Shown piece by piece: positions 1 through 8,087 of a DNA stretch of 32,000 nucleotides. How positions within the stretch are numbered: the first letter of the stretch is position 1; every line of letters starts with the position of its first letter. The translations under genes were made by a program, and so were the position numbers. Source of the stretch: Okeania sp. (GTDB taxonomy: Bacteria; Cyanobacteriota; Cyanobacteriia; Cyanobacteriales; Microcoleaceae); contig NZ_JAYKGW010000140.1 in assembly GCF_035285525.1 (NCBI RefSeq), positions 1-32,000 of the forward strand, in the 5' to 3' direction. A model generated the notes under the pieces. It did no database searches and had not been told where the DNA came from. It worked only from the letters and a program-made list of their open reading frames with translations.

Positions 1-127
1 AATTTCTAGATGAGAGTCGTTAACTCACTTGTTAAACCCGCCCCTGAGACGGTGGTTTATATCATTGGGGGCGGGTTTGTGTAATTTCTAGATGAGAGTC
101 GTTAACTCACTTGTTAAACCCGCCCCT
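1..127. repeat. 45-bp direct repeat x2 (1-45 and 83-127, period 82 bp). The first copy is followed by an 11-bp GC-rich inverted partner (aaacccgcccc 35-45 / ggggcgggttt 67-77).
   Basis: aatttctagatgagagtcgttaactcacttgttaaacccgcccct occurs twice identically. The inverted partner exists only after copy 1. The repeat sits at the window edge, so it may continue upstream. Confidence 0.9.
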
Positions 128-470
128 ACGGTGTCTTTCTTCCTAATGCAGTGTAATTATTAAAACTTCACGAGTATCTAAACAATAATTAAATATTATG
201 AAGAAATATTAAATCATTTAACTATTTGAAAATGAATGTAAACTATGCAATAAATACCAAGTTTTTTGCATAGTTTTTTTTGCATAATTATTGAGTTTTA
301 AACAGCACAATTTTCAGTTAAATTTATTATTTAATTTTTTTTAATAGTTCGGCAAAACTTCCTACCGAAAAGCTCTTTCAATCCTAGAGAAAAGAATCTA
401 AATTATCAAAAGCTGATAATTAATTTTCTTTTGTTTAATATGATGACAAATATTAGGAGATTTGTAGATT

Positions 471-2315
471 ATGGCCTCTGGAAATAATGAACTTCTCTGG
501 ACTAAGCGTTTCGGTAAAGATTTATCTCAGGAATGGAATTTAGGTAAGCTCATAGGTATTCCGAATGAAGCTGACTATAGTGCATTTTTAGGTATTACTC
601 ACCGAGGAGATGGTAAAAAATATGACGATTTATTCGGAACAGAATTTGGTATTAAAGAATTTTTTAGCTTAGATACTGGCAAAATAGGTTTATCTGGTGT
701 GGCATCGGCGAGTGCTAATGCTTCTGTAGGAATTGCTAATTCAAAAGATAAAAACAAGGAAGCATCTATCAAAGCTGGTTTAGAATTAAAAACAGGTTAT
801 AATTTTGGCAGTGTAGGTTTTGATTTACCTCTTTATGCCGATTTTAATTTAGGTATTGATAATGGTGAATTAAAATTTGATATAGACACAGATTTTGAAG
901 GTGGTTTATTTAATTATTCTTTGCCTTATTTGTATCTGAATGTTGCTGGAATTTTAGAGTCTGATGCTGCCATATATCTAGATGGCGGTTTGAACTATGA
1001 ATATATTGATTTTTGGGAGTCTTTTTGGAGCTGGGAGAAAAAAGTTAACCGAGGTTCTTCTGGTTTTAGTGAAAAAGTTGATTTATCCCATAAATTTAGG
1101 CATGACTTTATTGATTTTGATACTCGAAAGGAAGAGCAAGTTGTTGATTGGATTGAGGGTAAGGAAGTATTTACATTAGGAAATTCTGCTGGCAATAAAG
1201 AGGCAATTGATATTACCAAATATTTTGATTTAGGATTTGAGCTGCCAGATTTTCCTAATCTTAATTTTGAACGGCTAAATTCTCTTGATGGTTTATTAGA
1301 TATAAATATTCCAGACTTTGATATTGGTGATATTAATATCAAAGATTCTTATGTCTATTCCATTAAAGATGAGTTTAATCTGTTGGAAATGGGAATTGAT
1401 TTTGACCAAATTATTGCTTCTTCTTATCCTATCAGTTTTGCAAGTAAGGAGAATTTTGAAGTTTTTGGTTACGATGTCGGTTATGATTTATTAGTTGCTC
1501 TCATGGATGCAGATCTAGACCTAGGTTTAAAGACTGGATATCAAGTTGATTTTGGAATTACAAATTTAAGTCCGGAAATTAGAATAGAAAATGGTGATTG
1601 GTTAAACATAACAGAATTTGGAGAGTTTATAGAAAAGCAAAATTTTGCCATTGGAGATTCAGACAGTAATAGTTCAACAGTCCGAGCGATAAAAGACTTA
1701 GATCGAGACAGAGATAAGCAGCTTGATTTTCATATAAGATTCAACCCAGAGTTATTTGTTAATGTCGATGTTTATGTGAAACCAACAGCAGACTTAAAAA
1801 TGGGTATTGGTGAATATAAACTCGAAGTCGAACCTTTGGGACAGTTTGGTGGTAAAGACAAATATTTATTAGATGTACCAGATATCGAATTATTTGAACT
1901 GGATAAATATTCCTTGTTTGAAAAGAATTACAACAAAAAGCTCTCCGATCTAGGAATTATTGATGACATTACTGCCATACCCTTTTCCATTCCTTTAGAC
2001 TTTATTGACGAGGCATTGAATGTTAGGACTTATATTGGTGATGAAAATGCAAACTTCTATGGAGGTAGTGATGCAGACGATTTAGTTCTTTTTGAGGGAG
2101 GTCCAAATCTAACGAGTCTGTCTGGGTGGGCAACCACAAGGCGCTTGATATCACCTGTGCAAATTCTGTCCAAAAGGTCGAGGAATCATTTCCGCTTAAA
2201 ATTAAGTCCGCTGCCAATTTCTGATACGATTTCCGCTTCTGGGAATCTTGAGAGCAATAGTTCAATTTGTCCCTCAATATCGTCTCGTTGGGAATGGCTC
2301 GACACCCTTGCATAA
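471..2315 (+). CDS. Large acidic hypothetical protein, 3'-truncated. The authentic part is about 471-2102 (about 544 aa) and ends in the onset of RTX/hemolysin-type Ca-binding repeats. Codons after about 2102 are antisense read-through into a recombinase remnant.
   Basis: ATG at 471 with SD aggaga at 455-460. The protein is D/E/F/N-rich with no family I recognise. The C-terminal stretch YIGDENANFYGGSDADDLVLFEGG resembles GGxGxDxLx repeats. From about 2103 onward the opposite strand has clear recombinase similarity. Confidence 0.6.
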   Translation: MASGNNELLWTKRFGKDLSQEWNLGKLIGIPNEADYSAFLGITHRGDGKKYDDLFGTEFGIKEFFSLDTGKIGLSGVASASANASVGIANSKDKNKEASIKAGLELKTGYNFGSVGFDLPLYADFNLGIDNGELKFDIDTDFEGGLFNYSLPYLYLNVAGILESDAAIYLDGGLNYEYIDFWESFWSWEKKVNRGSSGFSEKVDLSHKFRHDFIDFDTRKEEQVVDWIEGKEVFTLGNSAGNKEAIDITKYFDLGFELPDFPNLNFERLNSLDGLLDINIPDFDIGDINIKDSYVYSIKDEFNLLEMGIDFDQIIASSYPISFASKENFEVFGYDVGYDLLVALMDADLDLGLKTGYQVDFGITNLSPEIRIENGDWLNITEFGEFIEKQNFAIGDSDSNSSTVRAIKDLDRDRDKQLDFHIRFNPELFVNVDVYVKPTADLKMGIGEYKLEVEPLGQFGGKDKYLLDVPDIELFELDKYSLFEKNYNKKLSDLGIIDDITAIPFSIPLDFIDEALNVRTYIGDENANFYGGSDADDLVLFEGGPNLTSLSGWATTRRLISPVQILSKRSRNHFRLKLSPLPISDTISASGNLESNSSICPSISSRWEWLDTLA

Positions 2316-2494
2316 CAAACAGTGGTAATTGCCCTGGGCAAACCTGCTGCTTGTTCGATTTCTGCGATTGAGTACCGCCTGTGCCCCGATGGGGTTTTGA
2401 TTGCTTTGATTTTGCCTTCTTCTTCCCATCGTCTGAGACTTGAGACTGCAACTCCAAGGATGGAAGCTGCTTCTTTGGGTCTGACATATTTCAT
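2102..2494 (-). pseudogene. IS607-family serine recombinase (TnpA-like, MerR-type HTH plus resolvase catalytic domain). This is a remnant with an in-frame TGA at 2186-2188 and a truncated 3' end.
   Basis: It reads MKYVRPKEAASILGVAVSSLRRWEEEGKIKAIKTPSGHRRY...VCYARVSSHSQRDDIEGQ...GSGLNFKRK*FLDLLDRICTGDIKRLVVAHPDRLVRFG. The YARVSS catalytic-serine motif and the N-terminal HTH are typical of IS607 TnpA. Similarity stops at about 2102 and no tnpB follows. Confidence 0.75.
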
Positions 2495-2790
2495 TTGAAA
2501 CACTTATTTTTTTCTATCTTAGCACCATTTATTACTTTTTGAGCGTTTTAGATAGAAAAATAATAATTTGTTACAAACTCTTTACTTACAAACCAAGTTT
2601 AAGAACATTCTGTCATGGCAATATAAGCCCACAACCACTCTTTATTAATCAGTGGTGACACTTTTTTTGGAATTAGTTGTAATATTAACACGCTTGTTAG
2701 AAAAAATCATCTTTATTTTTGTAAAGATTGAAAATTTTTTCTGGAATCCCTTCTATTGATTATATAGCAACAATTACACTACTTTTTTTC

Positions 2791-2881
2791 CAAAAAATTG
2801 CATAGTTTTTGACTTCAAAATACGATATATATTAATGAGATTTTTTTCTCTGCAAAAATTGCATAGTTTTAGATTTCAAAG
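2791..2881. repeat. Two direct copies of an approximately 30-nt motif (aaaaattgcatagttttWgaYttcaaa) at 2791-2820 and 2852-2881.
   Basis: Read directly. The core ttgcatagtttt also occurs at 266-277, with an inverted copy aaactatgca at 240-249. Confidence 0.8.
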
Positions 2882-2913
2882 TTTAAAGTGAAAATAAACT
2901 TTTGTAATACATA

Positions 2914-3044
2914 TAGCGCTGCGCCCAGGGAACCGGGAACACTTAACTGGGAACAGAAAGAATGAATGGCCGATAATATAAGGCTTTTATCTATTGGACA
3001 GTTCCTGCAATTTGTAAAGATTAAGTGCGCACATTGCTATATCT
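2914..3044. repeat. Dispersed TATAGC-bounded repeat (diverged member) with internal gggaac/gggaat-type units.
   Basis: It starts tatagcgctgcgcccagggaaccgggaacacttaactgggaacag and ends gcgcacattgctata. The segment gggaacacttaactgggaacag recurs at 18513-18536. The architecture matches 6721-6823 and 29745-29833. Confidence 0.6.
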
Positions 3045-3329
3045 GTCTATAGTCTATAGTAAAGAAGATCTAATACCAATTTGAAAAAATAATGTTACCA
3101 ATAGTTTCAAACTTTAGATGTCGAATAATTTGCTGAAGTTATTGAAGCATCAAAGTCTTGAGCTATAAAATCATCAGGCATGAATTTTGACTTTTGAATG
3201 GATAAATTCCGTGAAACGGTATAACCGTATCTCTGCAAAGGTAGAGGTTTTTGGCAAAAAAGTCATATGTTTATGCTTTGCTTAAGTTTTTTCTTACAGC
3301 ATTTTTCATAAAGATGATATTACACAGGT

Positions 3330-3382
3330 GAACCCAGAAACCCGGTTTCTAAGCTCGTACCGGGTTTCTTTCCGTAAGTCCT
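3330..3382. repeat. Partial copy (right half) of the AGGACTTACGCA-type hairpin MITE.
   Basis: gaacccagaaacccggtttct...ccgggtttctttccgtaagtcct matches the right arm of the complete element at 29447-29530. Confidence 0.7.
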
Positions 3383-3389
3383 AAACTAT

Positions 3390-4226
3390 TTAACTTAGCT
3401 CATCAGGATCGATACCCAACTCTCGCAGTTTTGCTGCCAAGCGCTCCTTTTGTTGTTCAGCATTGGCAGCTTGTTGTTTAGCTACTGCTGCTTCCTGTTT
3501 AGGTACTGCTACCTCCTGTTCAGCTACTGCTGCCTCCTCTTTGGCTGCTGCTTCCTTCTCTTCTGGAGTCAGTATCAAATCTCCTTCCCAAGTCATCTAC
3601 CGTAACCAGAGTCTATTTACACTATGAAAACTACCTTGCTATAAACCCAGACTTAGTTTTACTTCCGGAAGCAACAAACGTCCCTGATTTAATTCCGCTC
3701 TTTAGTAGCGATCGCCTACCAAATGAAATGCTTGTATTTTATTTGTATAGCGACTAAATGTCACATAATAAGGGACTCGCAGAATACTCTCATAAACTTC
3801 CGACAAAGTGGGAAGTTTTTGCTCTTATCTTAGTGTCTGTCCTAAGTATTCACTTTCTGTACCCGGAGATAATAACTCGACCACTACCAAGGGGTTCACT
3901 TTTTCATCCCAAACTACATAGCTCCAGCGCAGTTCCCATTGCTCATACAAGTTTGGTACTCCCACAACTGCAAACCAGTCTGGGCGTTTGTACCATTTAG
4001 GATGTTTAACATCGTAGTAGAGATTCAGATCGGTACCACAAAATAATTGATCGGGATACCAGTTGCGAGGTTGAAAAGTTTGGCGCCAAAGTTCAGGTTG
4101 AAAGTCTAGAAATACGTCTGGCAAACCAGGTGACTCCGGATTTTCGCTTGGTAAGTCCTAGATAGTAGGCAAAGTTGACTTTGCTGACAGTTGTGGTTCA
4201 TATTTTTTAACGGATATATTTTTCAT
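3390..4226 (-). pseudogene. Uma2-family (DUF820) putative endonuclease, a single 279-codon frame interrupted by five in-frame stop codons and no frameshift.
   Basis: The frame from ATG 4226 reads MKNISVKKYEPQLSAKSTLPTI*DLPSENPESPGLPDVFLDFQPELW...VVVELLSPGTESEYLGQTLR*EQKLPTLSEVYESILRVPYYVTFSRYTNKIQAFHLVGDRY*RAELNQGRLLLPEVKLSLGL*QGSFHSVNRLWLR*MTWEGDLILTPEE...LAAKLRELGIDPDELS. Internal stops are TAG 4158-4160, TAA 3825-3827, TAA 3702-3704, TAG 3639-3641 and TAG 3597-3599. The motifs match the recalled cyanobacterial Uma2 consensus (TMYDLPSE, SPGTE, LGLGLWQG, WLRWY). Confidence 0.85.
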
Positions 4227-4237
4227 ATTGGTTTATT

Positions 4238-4271
4238 CCCGGTTTCATAAAAAAAAAGCGCAGAAACCGGG
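4238..4271. repeat. Hairpin cccggtttc-(16 nt)-gaaaccggg, related to the aaaccgggttt-containing repeat family.
   Basis: A 9-bp perfect stem read directly. A further aaacccggtttct lies at 4315-4327. The hairpin lies between the rnj stop and the start of the Uma2 pseudogene. Confidence 0.6.
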
Positions 4272-4346
4272 TTGGTTTTAAATGCCACACTATACTATAG
4301 CATTATCACCCACAAACCCGGTTTCTCATAACTAATTTTAAACTAC

Positions 4347-6146
4347 TTAAGATGCTACCTTCGCAGTCGATCGCCGTCTCCGTCTTCCCACTGGTTTCGT
4401 CGTCACCTGTTTTTCCTCTTCTACTTCACCTTCAACTTCTCCATCTGGAGTTTGCATCAAAAACACCAACAACGGTTGACTTTGAAATTCTCGTCGTAAC
4501 ATCCGCTGAATAGAAGATTCAAGTTCATTTTGCAACCCAAACCAATCAACTTGAGTATTATTATCGCCATTCAACTTAGCATACTCAGACCAACAATGAC
4601 TCAAATCTTTTTCTAAGACTCTAATCACTAATTCTTGCAATTTTGCTTTATCTATAGAATTTACCACACCACGCAAATGCAACTGAGGTTTACCAATCAA
4701 TTTACCATCCAAACCAACTCCCAACGCTACTGTCACCACACCATCCTCTGCTAGTTGTTGTCGCTCCTTGAGAATCTTATCTTCAACGATACCCGAACGA
4801 GAAGAGTCTACTAACTCAATACCCGAAGATACTCTATCGGCAACATAAATAGAATCCTGAGTTAGTTCGATCACATCACCATTTTGCACCACAACCATAT
4901 TTTGCCGAGGCACTCCCATACTTTGAGCAGTTTGACTATGTTTCACTAACATCCTATGTTCTCCATGAAATGGTACAAAGAACTTCGGACGAGTCAGCGC
5001 CAACATTAATTTTTGGTCTTCCTGACAACCGTGACCAGAAACATGAATACCCTTATCTTTACCATAAATAACATTTGCTCCTAGCATCATTAATTTATCT
5101 ATAGTATTGACAACAGCGATCGTATTGCCAGGAATAGGGTTCGCAGAAAAGATCACCGTATCTCCTTTCCGAATTTTGATTTGTCTATGTTCACCTTTAG
5201 CAATACGAGTGATCGCTGACATTGGTTCCCCCTGAGAACCTGTAGTCAAAATCAATAATTTTTCATCAGGTACATTCCTCACACTATGGAGAGGTACGAA
5301 CAAACTGTCCTCACATTTAATGTAACCCAAAGTCCGAGAATGAGCAATCACATTCAACATAGATCGCCCAACTACTGCCACTACCCTACCATGTTTTTTC
5401 GCTAGCTCCAGAACTACTTGTAATCTGTGTACACTAGAAGCAAAAGTTGTCAACATCACCCTTCCTGGTGCTTCCGAAAATACTCGGTCTAAATTTGGAT
5501 AAACCGATCTTTCCGAAGGAGTGAAACCAGGTACTTCTGAATTTGTAGAATCACTAATTAAACAGTGAACTCCTTTTTCTCCATACTCTGCCAACTTTTG
5601 GAAATCGAATTTTTCTCCATCTACAGGAGTATGATCAATTTTGAAATCACCTGTATGAATAACTACTCCCACTGGCGTTGTTATGGCAACAGTAAAGCTA
5701 TCCGCCATCGAGTGAGTATTACGAATATATTCCACACTGAAATATTTACCCAACTTCACCACATCACGAGGGCGAACAGTTTTTAATTCTGTACGATTTT
5801 GAACACCTGCTTCCTCTAATTTATGATAAAGAAGAGCCATCGCTAGTCTAGGTCCATAGATGACAGGAATTTCTATATTTTTCAAATGGAAGGGTATGCC
5901 CCCAATATGATCTTCGTGACCGTGAGTCACAATCATACCCTTAATTTTATGGCGATTTTCCAGTAGATATGTTACATCTGGTAAAACTATATTGACACCG
6001 TGCATTCCATCTGTGGGAAATGCTAATCCAGCATCAAGTAAAATGATTTCGTCATTATACTCGAATACACAAGTGTTTTTGCCGATTTCATGGAGTCCAC
6101 CAAGGGGAATAATTTTTAGAGCGGAAGATGATTTTTTTCTAATCAT
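4347..6146 (-). CDS. rnj: Ribonuclease J (beta-CASP metallo-beta-lactamase RNase).
   Basis: 599-aa ORF starting at ATG. It has the HGHEDHIGG metallo-beta-lactamase motif and full-length RNase J-like architecture, with an acidic/basic C-terminal tail. Confidence 0.93.
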   Translation of the reverse strand: MIRKKSSSALKIIPLGGLHEIGKNTCVFEYNDEIILLDAGLAFPTDGMHGVNIVLPDVTYLLENRHKIKGMIVTHGHEDHIGGIPFHLKNIEIPVIYGPRLAMALLYHKLEEAGVQNRTELKTVRPRDVVKLGKYFSVEYIRNTHSMADSFTVAITTPVGVVIHTGDFKIDHTPVDGEKFDFQKLAEYGEKGVHCLISDSTNSEVPGFTPSERSVYPNLDRVFSEAPGRVMLTTFASSVHRLQVVLELAKKHGRVVAVVGRSMLNVIAHSRTLGYIKCEDSLFVPLHSVRNVPDEKLLILTTGSQGEPMSAITRIAKGEHRQIKIRKGDTVIFSANPIPGNTIAVVNTIDKLMMLGANVIYGKDKGIHVSGHGCQEDQKLMLALTRPKFFVPFHGEHRMLVKHSQTAQSMGVPRQNMVVVQNGDVIELTQDSIYVADRVSSGIELVDSSRSGIVEDKILKERQQLAEDGVVTVALGVGLDGKLIGKPQLHLRGVVNSIDKAKLQELVIRVLEKDLSHCWSEYAKLNGDNNTQVDWFGLQNELESSIQRMLRREFQSQPLLVFLMQTPDGEVEGEVEEEKQVTTKPVGRRRRRSTAKVAS

Positions 6147-6355
6147 AATTATCCTATTTTTACTATTGTTTGCTTGTTTATGATTTTTAGTGATTATTAA
6201 TCATATTTGATATCCATTAACACTTATGAAAACTCATCTCTGATGCACAAAATTAAAGATTAGATAATCATAATCATTGTTTATGTTATTAAGGAATTCA
6301 AAAGTTTGTTTCTTTCATTAATTGATAATAGATAGTGCATAATAAAAACTCTCTC

Positions 6356-6577
6356 TAATTAGGGTTTACTGAAAAAGTCTGTTGGTCAAGGTAGGCAATG
6401 GGTATGGCGACAATAGTTACAGGTATTAATTTTTCTACATTTTTTCAAGTTTGGTGAGAAAAAAATCTAGAGTCTTTCAGATTAATTTACTAATTTATTG
6501 GCACTTTTTGTCACCTAAAAAAGCCTTTCAGCTTCATCTGTCAATGCGAGCGAGATTTAATCAGCAAACCCTAATTA
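6356..6577. mobile_element. MITE-like element of 222 bp bounded by 16-nt inverted repeats (taattagggtttactg / cagcaaaccctaatta).
   Basis: The terminal inverted repeats were read directly and differ by 1 mismatch. Related ends occur at about 14350-14372 and 23215-23232, with a fragment at 27797-27813. Confidence 0.65.
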
Positions 6578-6720
6578 TCAATTATTAATTATCCATTATC
6601 CATTAGTAACATAGATTTTGAGCAACCCTGCAAAAACATTTCGCCTGAAAACCAAAGTTTTAGACTAAATTATTTTGATAATATTTAATTGTAGGAAAAA
6701 CTTTTTTGTCTGTAAAAACA

Positions 6721-6823
6721 GCTATAGCGCTACTTGAATCGGGAATAGGAAACAGGAAATAGTAGAATATCAAAGGGTTTTAGGATTTAGAAATGTCCGC
6801 ACTCTTTGCTTCGACTGCTATAT
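6721..6823. repeat. Dispersed TATAGC-bounded repeat with internal GGGAATA-like units.
   Basis: aatatcaaagggttttaggatttagaaatgtccgcactctttgcttcgactgctata closely matches 29776-29833. Confidence 0.8.
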
Positions 6824-6978
6824 CAGAAGTCAGTCAGGGCAAATTATAGACAGGAAACAGTGAAAATCTTGTGGTGCGGCCATCTTGCCCGCTATAGCTT
6901 TAGATCATAACCATCGAAAGCGCTGTTGTTTTCCCTAAATTTGAGAATAGCGAAATTCCCTTACTATCCTGGCAACTG

Positions 6979-7863
6979 CTACAATAAACCTAACTTACCC
7001 ATTTCTACTGATAATTTTTCAGTGACTTCTGTTGGTGGATCGCATAATGGAGGGCGAGTAGTACCTACTTTCCATCCTAACAGATTCATAGCTGCTTTGA
7101 CAGGAATGGGATTAGTTGTAGCAAATAAAGCTTTAAATAAATGGAATAGTTGTAAATGAATTTCTGTAGCAAGCTGTACTTTACCTGTTTCAAATTTTAC
7201 GATCATCTCCTGTAGTTGGTTTCCTACCAGATGACTAGCTACACTGACAACCCCACTGCCACCAAGAGCTATTAATGGTAAAGTCAAAGAATCATCCCCA
7301 GAGTAAATCTTAAACTCTGGTGCAGTCAACTTTCTAATCTCACTTGCTTGGTCTAAGTTACCACTTGCTTCTTTAACAGCAACAATATTAGGAATCTCTG
7401 CCAGTCTCGCTATAGTTTCCGGCAGCATATTTTGACCAGTACGCCCTGGTATATTGTACAACATTATTGGTAATTCTGGTACTGCTTGGGCGATCGCTTG
7501 AAAATGCCGATAAAGTCCCGACTGTGGTGGTTTATTATAATATGGTACCACTTGTAATGAACCGTCTAAACCCAATCTAGCTGCTTTTTGAGTGGCCGAG
7601 ATCGCTTCTCTAGTCGAGTTCGATCCAGTACCTGCTATAACTTTGGCTTTTCCTGCTACTGCTTTCTGCACTACTTGGAATAGCTGATATTCTTCTTCCC
7701 ATGTTAAACTAGGGGACTCACCTGTTGTTCCACATACTACTAATGAGTCTGTTCCATTTTCTGTCAACCATACTGATAACTTTTCTGCTTCTTCATAATT
7801 AACACTACCGTCCACATTAAACGGTGTAATCATTGCAGTCAAAACTCTCCCAAAGTCTACCAC
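6979..7863 (-). CDS. dapA: 4-hydroxy-tetrahydrodipicolinate synthase.
   Basis: 294-aa ORF with a GTG start. It has the N-terminus [15 protein letters not shown], the GTTGES motif and the Schiff-base lysine context AVKEASG. Confidence 0.93.
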   Translation of the reverse strand: MVDFGRVLTAMITPFNVDGSVNYEEAEKLSVWLTENGTDSLVVCGTTGESPSLTWEEEYQLFQVVQKAVAGKAKVIAGTGSNSTREAISATQKAARLGLDGSLQVVPYYNKPPQSGLYRHFQAIAQAVPELPIMLYNIPGRTGQNMLPETIARLAEIPNIVAVKEASGNLDQASEIRKLTAPEFKIYSGDDSLTLPLIALGGSGVVSVASHLVGNQLQEMIVKFETGKVQLATEIHLQLFHLFKALFATTNPIPVKAAMNLLGWKVGTTRPPLCDPPTEVTEKLSVEMGKLGLL

Positions 7864-8052
7864 ACTATTTCCACTCCTTCTAGATATTATTTGTACTAGA
7901 TATTATTAAATTGTTAAGGCCATACATAAACCTAATTTTTTTTAGATTCATATCGCCTTACCGAAAAATAAAGGTATAAAGTCTCTCCATTCATGGAGAA
8001 AAAAGAAAAAATTTCTTTTAGCCAATCCTCTTTTCTCTAAGAATAAGTAACT

Positions 8053-8087
8053 ATTAATTATTAATTATTAATTGTTAATTATTAATT
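8053..8087. repeat. Heptamer tandem repeat (ATTAATT)x5, STRR-like, overlapping the asd stop codon.
   Basis: attaatt attaatt attaatt gttaatt attaatt read directly. On the minus strand it encodes the final INN-stop of Asd. Confidence 0.85.

Noticed and set aside
1-127. Possible terminal units of a CRISPR array
   Set aside because: Only two copies are visible. The repeat is 45 bp with a 37-bp spacer, which is atypical, there are no cas genes in the window, and the spacer pairs with the repeat end like a hairpin element. I kept it as a generic repeat finding.
995-1342. Minus-strand 115-aa ORF and plus-strand 60-aa ORF (997-1179) nested in the first gene
   Set aside because: They lie entirely inside a longer ORF that has a good SD. 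Their composition is low-complexity and they have no motif support.
2023-2487. 154-aa minus-strand ORF overlapping the recombinase remnant
   Set aside because: It is off-frame relative to the frame that carries the HTH and YARVSS motifs. Its sequence has no family resemblance.
3758-4000. 80-aa plus-strand ORF
   Set aside because: It is antisense to the clearly recognisable Uma2 reading frame.
5565-7159. Short plus-strand ORFs 5565-5786, 5992-6183 and 6926-7159
   Set aside because: They are antisense to or overlap rnj and dapA, and are typical shadow ORFs.
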